Source: Catajapyx aquilonaris (Eukaryota). From it: 20,000 nucleotides of DNA. The notes under the pieces were generated by a model. That model searched no databases. It had not been told where the DNA came from and was given only the letters and a program-made list of their open reading frames with translations. Positions 12,134-20,000 of the stretch are shown piece by piece (the stretch's first letter is position 1; every line of letters starts with the position of its first letter). Position numbers and translations under genes: made by a program. Where the stretch lies: NCBI GenBank assembly GCA_000934665.2, contig JYFJ02001738.1, positions 50,991 through 70,990 of the forward strand, read 5' to 3'.

Positions 12134-12298
12134 CAAGAAACCCAAGAGAATTAATTGGGTCCTAGCCTACATTTTACAAACCCATGTGAAAAATCTTCCT
12201 TATTTTGAAATTAATTTTGGTGTTTTTTGTTTGAAGAAATAAATATTAGTTTTTGATCTATGGTCGATAAAAGATCATAACTGTATCGTATTGCCATC

Positions 12299-12344
12299 TG
12301 ACGTCACTGTTGTCAGAGGCCACGCCCCCGTTTTTCCCGCCAAT
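12299..12344. promoter_or_regulatory. Cluster of consensus motifs: CRE, KLF/Sp GC-box, E2F, CCAAT
   Basis: TGACGTCA (12299-12306), GCCACGCCCCC (~12318-12329), TTTCCCGCC (12333-12341) overlapping CCAAT. Motif matches only; function not shown, and the cluster lies inside a transposon. Confidence 0.35.
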
Positions 12345-15300
12345 TTGCGAGTGACTTTTAAACCCCCGATAATTATTAATCGAGGAATGCCATTTTGGTG
12401 CCGAAAAGTGGTGGAATGCATGTTTTTATGTATGGTTGAGCTATTCGTGTACAAATTACCCAAATCCCAGACCAAGGCTAGTACCACATTTATACCGTGT
12501 AGACTTGACCTTGGCGGATAGCGTGAACGGCCCGGAAAACTTGAAGTGGCCGTTCACCGAAAGTTCACCATGAAACCTATTTAGGGTCCACTGAAACCGA
12601 ATCCGAAAACAGTTTGTCGGTTTAGCCCCTGATACCTGTTTACAGACAGGCGGACGGACAGAATCGTTCTATAGGACTTTTTCCGATGAGAAAAAGTCTG
12701 AAAAGGAGTCAAATTTCGATAGTAAGTGCGCGCATTTTGCACCATAATTGGCAAATAAACAGCTATGCTTTATTTCTTTCATATAAAAATTCGATGTTAC
12801 AGCTGTAACTCTATAAGATGCCAGAGATTAATTTCAGGCTACCTGCAGTCTTATATAGTAGGAAGGGAGGGATCAAGAAAAGTGTAATGCATTCTGGCAG
12901 CTGACAAGTGGAATTTGCAATTCGGGGTAAGAGACAGGAAAACTAGTTTCGAAACCATTTTGCGTCCCTACAGACGAGGAGGGGGTGATCTACATGTTCG
13001 GGTGGAAAACGTCGGATAAATATAAGCTGATACTGGTTTTGAGGGCAGCACGGAAACACAAGCGCCCATAACAAGCTTATCACCTGTGTATTGGATACAT
13101 AGGGTCTGCGTTTACAGTTTAGCGATTTTCATGGCTACTGCGCCGTGACCAGTATAGTCCACGTACACTGAAAATCCACACAGTTGGTTGCAATGTCATG
13201 CAGATTTTGGTGGATCCATAATTTCACTATGTAAGCACTACAACCTCAGCTACAGCTAATTTTTGTAACCAAATCATAAGGCAACATGGGCATATTCAGA
13301 TGATTTAATCATGCTTAGGTAAAGCACAACGACTTTGAACTCACAAAGAACCGTTTTCAAGTTAGAAAGACGGGGAAAAAAGTATCGAAACAGCCCATCT
13401 TGTAAATCCCATTCGTATGTAGAGTGCAGTATACGTATCATCTCGAGAGTGGATTAAACCTTTCTTCCTTTTTACAGACCACCTTGGAGTCAGCCAAGGT
13501 ATACATGTTTTTTTTTTTTTTTTGGCAGAAGTAGCCATATTCCATCGGCTCGCCATTCTCCTGATGGGAGGCCTTTCCCATACGACAGAAAGTGTCTGGG
13601 GCAATCCAAACAATCATCCAAGCGAAAAGTTATTTCGTCTCTTGCTCCCCTGCATCGATCTCGTCACTCTGGCCCCATAAAAAAAAGTATGGGGGGGAGA
13701 AGGCAAAACCGAAGGGGAAAAGAGACCAGAGATGACATGACTCTTGGCTCCCATTAACTTTTCCATATTGTGTACGGTTTGGCTTTTGTGAAAAAAGAGA
13801 AACTTCAACTTGGGTCAAAACCAAAGTTCCCAGTCTCACAAGCAGAAATTAGGTGGAAGCAACAACGCTGCACAAATAGCAAAACCCCTACCAGGACTTT
13901 TCCTATATTACACTTGGGGAAGAAGAAAACTTTTTGGTCTGCACATCAAGCCAAACTTGAGAAATCGAGGTCAGTTTTCTTTCAAAAATATATATATAAA
14001 AAAACTAATTTCTCTTGCCATCAAGCTTTTCACGTAAAAGTGAATCCATTCTTCCCGTGGTCTGAGACGAGCTCTTATTCTTTTGTTATTGTTTTGAATT
14101 TCCACACAGAGACTTGTTCCGTCTAGAAGGAACCACCCAAGAAAAGTTGGCTTTGAATAACGCACATAAAGAATGAAAGATAACAAAAAAAAGAACCTTT
14201 CTTCGCTGCCGCCAAGTGTTGCGCACTTCAACTGTTTTCCGGGGCGACAGAGAGAAAAGACAAGTTTGGAAGGGCGATATGACGGAAAATTTTCTCAGGG
14301 AATGGCCCTTTTAGGTTCCTTACTTGTTGTACCAACGTCCCCGAGGAAAGGGTTGAAAAGCACCTTCGAGTCATCTGCGTCGAGTAGGAAGGAAAACAAT
14401 GGTGGAAGAAAAGATATTGGGAGCTTTGGTATTGAGTTATTTGTCCTCATAAACTGTATGGACTGCACTCAAATCTGCAACAACTATGTATAGTGTATAG
14501 ATCAGACGGGGCAAAACTATCGCTATTAAAACAAATCACTGCAATGCACATTTCAGTATAGGCTATTATACTTTTCATAATAAATTATATTACCACTCAA
14601 GAGGCCTTAATTCACTTTTTTTCATTATGACATCAACTGTACCACCGGGATCGCTGTTTGAAATGAAATGAAATTAAAAATTCATATCTTTACCCCTGGC
14701 ATATCTTGGGGCCAATAGAACAAGGGTTATGCAAAATTGGATATTGCCATAAGCCATCTGCATCATAGCCATTCATGAAGAGTTTTTTGTCGACTTCTCA
14801 GCAAAGTGCATACAGGCATACAGTGCGCTTTGCCTTTGGATGGCAGGTGCCGGTATATTTTGTAAAATATCTAGAACTTTGCTGTAGAAGTTCTCCCAGT
14901 AGCTTTATAGTTAATTACATCATATATGCGGAGATTAGCTTGGTACAGAACTACCTGGACTCTGTAGTACTTTTGGGCTACTTGGATACTCGTTAATGGT
15001 GTTTTTAATAACGGGATTATAACATTATGTTGACTTGAACATACTTCTCTACTAGTTTCAAAGTTTTACGCTATAAATATAACTGATTTTTCATTTGATT
15101 TTTATGTTATGTTTTAATAGTAATCGCTCTTACCAGCCGTTTTACAACCCCTTCATTCATAAATGTACAGAAAATTTCATATCAGCAAGGCATGATAAAC
15201 ATTTTAATTCCGTGGTAGATTTTTTGTAATCAATTTTAATGCAGTCTTAGGGTTTATGTGGCCCTCCAAGTTCATTATTAAAATTTACGTCTTGCTAAGT

Positions 15301-15555
15301 AACAAATTAACGTAGTGGCAGCAATTTTTACCAGACCCCCCAGAAATTCACTGTCCAAGGTATAATCGTATTTATTTCAGTTATTAATTAACAAATTTAA
15401 TTCAAATTTGGTATCCTCATAGCTCTATTGTTACTATTCATAATTATCTATTCTAAAGTCCAGATAATGGATATTTTTATCGCATTTTGTTTATTACTCC
15501 GCCACTCCATTTCTTGGGAGGTGAACGAACAATTATGGGTTTTGGCACGTATATA

Positions 15556-15697
15556 CAATCTGTCTCAATATGTTTTGGCCACTTTATCCTGGTCTTGAAG
15601 CAACCCTTCGCACAGGCCTCACGGTGAGCTGGTGTGTGTATGTGAAGGGTTGCTTCAAGACTAGAATAAAGTGGACAAAACTTATTGAGACAGATTG
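15556..15697. mobile_element. TA-flanked foldback MITE (core family shared with 3589-3718, opposite orientation)
   Basis: Arms caatctgtctcaatatgttttggccactttatcctggtcttgaagcaacccttc / gaagggttgcttcaagactagaataaagtggacaaaacttattgagacagattg. TA at 15554-15555 and 15698-15699. Confidence 0.9.
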
Positions 15698-16509
15698 TAC
15701 CTATATGCACTTGAGAAGAGGCACCACGAAGCGAGTATGAAACGACTGTAAAGCCTCTAGGTAATCCCGTAACATTAGTGAAACATAGTTAGATAAAACA
15801 TATGGTACAGTTGGATTTGAGTTTCCCTTATTTCCACTCCATAAAAGTTCACCTCTACTTTTCCGATCGAGAGGTACTACAAGCCTTCACGAAATGGCAC
15901 AGAGCTGCATTGCCAAACCCGCATCAATTGAATTAAATATGACGAGGGAGATAGAGTGGACCCTGCACGTATCATTTTCTTTGCACTTCAGGCGGAAAGG
16001 CGAGCTATAAAAGCTATCGGCCAGAAAAGCCATGCAAGAGGGCAAATTACCCATTGGAAGGCGGGGTCAGCGAAATTCTCACGATTATGGGTCGGATACT
16101 ACTCTATATTTTATAAGAGTCACGCCAAGGCTGGTGGCGAAGGGAGAGAGGATTAGGGCTGGGGAGGAGTGGAAGCAGTTCCCTTGGTAACATCATCTGG
16201 ATCGTATGGATTTAGGCTCCTTTTAGATTTTCATGACCAGGATTCTCCCTAAGTACATCCTGAAGTGTCTGCAACCAACCAGCAGCGCGCTAGCTCTTTC
16301 TCATTTAATTCGTGTGAAGCGAGCACAAGAAACACTCTCTTAGTAATACAAGCTCCACATTTTACTCTGCTGCAGCTCAGCAGGTATCTGTGCTTTTCTC
16401 AAGAGCCAATTCTTAGCGAGGCGCCGGTTCTCAGCAGGAATCGATGTAGCACTAATGGCTCAGCCCAAGACTCCCTTCTCTCTCGGGGAATATTGTGAGA
16501 GGTAAAAGT

Positions 16510-16867
16510 GGATGTCAAGAACAACAATCACACGTCTATCTCTACCGTATCACATGCATGCGACAAGGAAACTCAATTGCTGTCTACAGAAACACATTTA
16601 GCAACCTGGCAACGACTATTTATTTCCTGGAAGCAATTGTTAACTTGAGTGTCTTAACAAAGGCTACGTCTCTCATTCCAACGCTAAGTGACATTTTAAA
16701 AAACAGTGGACGCTAATAATTCCGGTAGAAATTATCAATAATCTTTTATGTTATTATTTGACTCTGCTACGTTGGATATTTCGGGAGAGAAAAAAAACGA
16801 TATGTACACATATATCGGATGTCAAGAACAACAATCACGTGTCTTCCTCTACCAGGTCGCATGCATG
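16510..16867 (+). repeat. Two copies of a ~51-bp direct repeat, 307 bp apart
   Basis: ggatgtcaagaacaacaatcacacgtctatctctaccgtatcacatgcatg (16510-16560) and ggatgtcaagaacaacaatcacgtgtcttcctctaccaggtcgcatgcatg (16817-16867); the first 22 nt are identical. Confidence 0.9.
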
Positions 16868-17153
16868 TAGTGTTCGGATGGCTTCCACCTGACCTGTCGA
16901 CATCCCTCAGTGGAGCAATGTTTCGTTTCGAGTTGTTACTTTTGGACAAATGCCACAACGTACCGTGTTAATGGTGCTTCCCCGTTGAGGTATGCTTGCA
17001 ATTCCTGACACACACATATTTCTACGCAATTTATTAACAACTAGATATAGATTTATAGTACGGTACATTGCTATTAAACCTGAGCCAACGGATTTGACAA
17101 TAATTGACAATAAATGAACAGTGCCTATTTGCCCAAAAATGTGACTATCAGAT

Positions 17154-17472
17154 TTGCTTACATCTAATCAAGTCCATCATACAGACACATTTCGTCATCT
17201 TCCGACCCCAGACCCGCCCTCCTTGTCGCCCAGCACCTATGGTGGCACTTGGCAATCACTACACCAGCGCCAAAAATATCCCCGTGAAGTGAGTTGCAAA
17301 TCTTTCCTTCCGCACCCGAATGTCATTCCCGTCTTTCCAGGCGAATGGCCAAAAAACCCAAGTGCCATCACCTCCCAAAAGACCTCCCACAGAATCTCCT
17401 GCAAACAACTCTCCGCTAAAAAACACTCAAATATTCATCGCACTTTCAACGCTCCCATCAAAAGCGTCAAAG
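17154..17472 (+). other. Possible pair of small exons of an unidentified gene or pseudogene
   Basis: GAA|gtgagt donor at 17289, 52-nt intron ending tctttccag (17340), 132-nt segment ending AAG|gtgaga (17472). The splice joins the 17154 ORF frame to the 17320 ORF frame without a stop. The peptide is Pro/Ser/Lys-rich and unrecognised. Confidence 0.2.
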
Positions 17473-17731
17473 GTGAGAGAAAATGGCTCCGTATACATCA
17501 CCAGCCGGTCAATTTATAAAAACGTTTTTGCACACGGGAACTCTGTGTAACATTAGTGTTGGCAGTGCCAAATGTGCATTATTGCTGCTAGACTTCAATT
17601 GACAAACAGAAGCCAGAGGCTGAACTAGGCAGTTGGTAGAAAAATCGCATTGTCACATCAGAGATGGGCAATTTTGCTTATTCTGAGTGATGCCAATTTA
17701 ATTTCCTATGTATACAGGTCGGCCTACAGTA

Positions 17732-17893
17732 CAGTACTGGCCAATAATCGAGGCAACGACTAGCGACATTTTCCCGAAGCGGCAGAAGAAGGAATCGAAG
17801 ATAAGCATGCTAGAAGCCGGGCGAGCAAGATTCCTTCTTCTGCCGCTTCGGGAAAATGTCGCTAGTCGTTGCCTCGATTATTGGCCAGTACTG
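17732..17893. mobile_element. 162-bp Tc1-type foldback MITE with perfect 65-bp TIRs
   Basis: 17732-17796 is the exact reverse complement of 17829-17893, with a 32-bp spacer. TA flanks at 17730-17731 and 17894-17895. Terminus CAGTACTGGCCAA resembles Tc1 CAGTGCTGGCCAA. Confidence 0.93.
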
Positions 17894-18197
17894 TACAGAG
17901 TGTAAATAATTAAATACACTTCAATATACCAGTCAACATGGGCGTTTTGTGGAAAATTGAGTGACGCATGTGGGTGTTTTCAGTTTGAAATTTTTCAAAC
18001 AAAAAAAAAGTCATTATTATGCATTTTTCAGCTTTCCCGGTGAGTATGGTGACACCCCCGCAGTGTTGGTGCACACAATCTAATGCAACTTTTTCATGCC
18101 ACAACCACCTCTCCCATATTATTTTGGCAATGTTGTGGTCCTGAAACTGAGTGTTTAACACAATTGTCAGCTCCAAGCATAAAAAAATAGCTATGTA

Positions 18198-18736
18198 CGC
18201 TGAAAAAAACAACACCATCTGATTGAAGTAACCAAAACTATTTGGTTGAACTAAATTAGGTTATTTCAAACGTTAAAAATCTAATTGGTCCAAAACATTT
18301 CGGTTGACGAAATCTTTACTCAGCCCAACCAAAATGTTGCATGAACTAAATAGTTGTATTTAACTGGGAGGCATGATGGTCTGGTGGTTACGCCACTGGC
18401 CAGCCAAGCGGGAGGCCGGGGTTCAAATCCCGTCCCCGTCACCTCTGCTTGGTCCGCTTTTCACCCGACATGCCGGGGCAGAATTGCACTCCTTGCTCTG
18501 CCCAGGGCCAGGAGAAAAGGCCTGGTGTTTCAAGAATGTCAGAAATGACTACCGCACAGCGCCCGCGCCCTCCCTTGGAAACCTCCCCTTCCCCCTATCA
18601 CGGGGTAAATATTTTTTTAACCAATATATTGTATTCAACGACAACCAATCTTATTTGGTTACTTCAACCTACATTAACTTTCCGATTTGGTTGAATGATA
18701 CATAATTTTAGTTCAACTAAATACATTTTTTGAGTG
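18198..18736. mobile_element. Non-autonomous TIR DNA element with CAC-type ends (EnSpm/CACTA-like or unclassified)
   Basis: Ends cgctgaaaaaaa / ttttttgagtg with TA on both sides. Subterminal blocks are inverted relative to each other: ttgaagtaaccaaa vs tttggttacttcaa, and atttggttgaactaaa vs tttagttcaactaaat. Multiple ttggttg/caaccaa repeats in both arms. Confidence 0.7.
18371..18605 (+). mobile_element. tRNA-Gly(GCC)-derived SINE-like sequence / tRNA pseudogene head (18371-18441) with GC-rich body
   Basis: A-box TGGTCTGGTGG (18377-18387) and B-box GGTTCAAATCC (18420-18430). gccagccaagcgggaggccggggttcaaatcccg closely resembles eukaryotic tRNA-Gly(GCC) gcctgccacgcgggaggcccgggttcgattcccg. The acceptor stem does not pair, so it is not a functional tRNA. 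The 3' boundary is approximate. Confidence 0.75.
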
Positions 18737-19129
18737 TATTCCGTTAAATAGGTTTTCATTCCAATTTGACATCACACTATTTCTTCATTTTGCTCCAATA
18801 ACTGTAAATTAATTACCATCATTACCCACGTCCGAATATACCGTCATTTGCAATGTTTAATTAGTATAAAAACTAATAATTCATTCCCCCCCCCCCACCT
18901 GCAAGTACCATCCCCGATGCGGAAATAAACTCACCTGTGCCGGCCCACGCGTGCTTTATTCTCATACAAAATAAACCGTAGGCTACTAATAATTCATATT
19001 CATTATGGCATAACCGATCCCTACAGGCCCCCTCACTATCCATTCTTGGCAAACTCGCCGGGAATGCATGTTAATGAAGCACCTTCAACCGCTAATCTTA
19101 ACCAACACAGAATTGGGGACCACTCAGGT

Positions 19130-19480
19130 CCCCCGAATATATTTTCTACAACTTTCGGTTCCGTAACCACCTCATTTCCCCACCTCTGGACAAGGTCAGC
19201 TCCATAGTTACTCGAGCTTGTTCAAACTTGTTGCCTTGTTGCCTCAACCGCCATGTCTACCTGCTGTGTGGAGCGCATTAATTTCCATCGAAAGTGGTTG
19301 AGGGCCAACCCCTGAGGCTGCTCTTCTTCTTGAAGCGGGGGTAAAAACAGCCATTTGACACGCACAGACTAGAAGCGCCACTTTAATTCCTTCCGGATGA
19401 AGGGATTTTTGGCCCAGGCCCAGGCGGCGGAGCAAAAATTGCCGGTATTCTTCGCTGCCTTTTCCCCTAATTTTCGGATC
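19130..19480 (-). pseudogene. Possible decayed LTR-retrotransposon gag fragment
   Basis: Minus-strand translation contains GSEEYRQF, PQPLSMEINAL (cf. Gypsy gag P.PMEIDA) and a stop-interrupted CPEVGK*GGYGTESC where a CCHC knuckle would lie. Heavily degenerate. Confidence 0.25.
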
Positions 19481-19805
19481 GAGCGGGCCTCAGGACTCGA
19501 CTAGGGCCTGCTATATGGCACCTTTATTGGAAATCGGTTTCGCGGTCGTCACTGAAGGGTTATGTGGCTCCCAGACGCCGGTGGAATGGAAACTAACTGC
19601 AAAAGTCTACGTATCTATATTTCATGGAGGTACGAAAGGATTCGCGCTCCGTGTCTTAAGGTGTCGCAAATTGGCCACCCAGTAATGCTTCGCTTGGATG
19701 CATCAGTACATGACGTGCTTGGCCCTAGAATTGCAGGTGGACAAAATTGAGGACCTAGGGGGCAAAATCATAATAACCCACATTTCAAAAAATTCTGGTT
19801 GTAAA

Positions 19806-20000
19806 CCCTTTCACTGCCGCGATCCCATAAAATGGGATTTTGCTGTCCCAAGAAGAAACACCCTAAATTCAAAACTCCAGGGGGGGATTACACGCGACTT
19901 TCACCCATTAGTTTTGAATTTAGGGTGTTTCTCCTTTGGACGGCAAATGCCGACCATGAAATTTCGATAATGAAACATGAGAACATGAAACTGAAAAATT
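19806..20000 (+). mobile_element. Left end of a piggyBac-like non-autonomous element, probably continuing beyond the window
   Basis: taaa|CCCTTTCACTGCC (one change from TTAA|CCCTTT), followed by palindrome atcccat-aaa-atgggat (19822-19838) and a 38-bp internal inverted repeat (19839-19876 / 19910-19947, 35 of 38 matching). The right terminus is not in the window. Confidence 0.5.

Larger units (their letters stand above)
11976..12704 (-). mobile_element. Non-autonomous Helentron-associated element (HINE / DINE-1-like)
   Basis: Subterminal inverted repeats agactttatctcat (12006-12019) / atgagaaaaagtct (12686-12699), 13 of 14 matching. 5' stem-loop gactttttc...gaaaaagtc (12675-12698) next to a T-run on the minus strand. 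GTCC/GTCT-type microsatellite (plus cagacaggcggacggacag, ~12643-12661). 3' hairpin aatcacgc-ga-gcgtgatt (11983-12000) just outside the second subTIR. Internal GGGCGTGGC motif as seen in DINE-1. The left boundary is approximate. Confidence 0.75.

Noticed and set aside
15300..15360. TVNFWGVW on the minus strand resembling a Tc1 transposase VWG motif
   Set aside because: An immediate stop follows and no DDE motifs are nearby; too short to support.
16510..16867. CRISPR-like repeat-spacer array
   Set aside because: Only two copies, a 256-nt gap, no cas genes and a eukaryotic context.
17659..17672. CAGAGATGGGCAA, an hAT-like terminus
   Set aside because: No complementary partner end found in the window.
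18371..18441. Functional tRNA-Gly gene
   Set aside because: The acceptor stem cannot pair and the anticodon and T stems contain mismatches; treated as a SINE head or pseudogene.

Overview
Eukaryotic (probably invertebrate animal) non-coding DNA. I see no prokaryotic gene structure and no intact recognisable protein-coding gene; the supplied ORFs are short, overlapping and mostly look spurious. The window is a patchwork of small non-autonomous transposons and decayed retroelements. It holds several TA-flanked foldback/MITE elements of Tc1/mariner type (297-409, 3589-3718, 15556-15697, 17732-17893, plus a decayed foldback at 18-280) and a structurally complete-looking Helentron-associated HINE/DINE-1-like element on the minus strand (~11976-12704). 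A TIR element with CAC-type ends (18198-18736) encloses a tRNA-Gly-derived SINE-like sequence. There is also a Gypsy-like 3' end on the minus strand (integrase remnant, polypurine tract, 515-bp LTR; ~4456-5460) and a piggyBac-like end at the right edge. The most unusual signals are three: two MITEs share a ~93% identical core but carry different terminal 16-mers changed in concert on both arms; a Pol III promoter sits inside a DNA transposon; and TAC(A/T)GTA excision-footprint motifs appear over-represented. Family assignments come from motif recognition by eye, not database searches. I found no evidence of a novel protein-encoding system.
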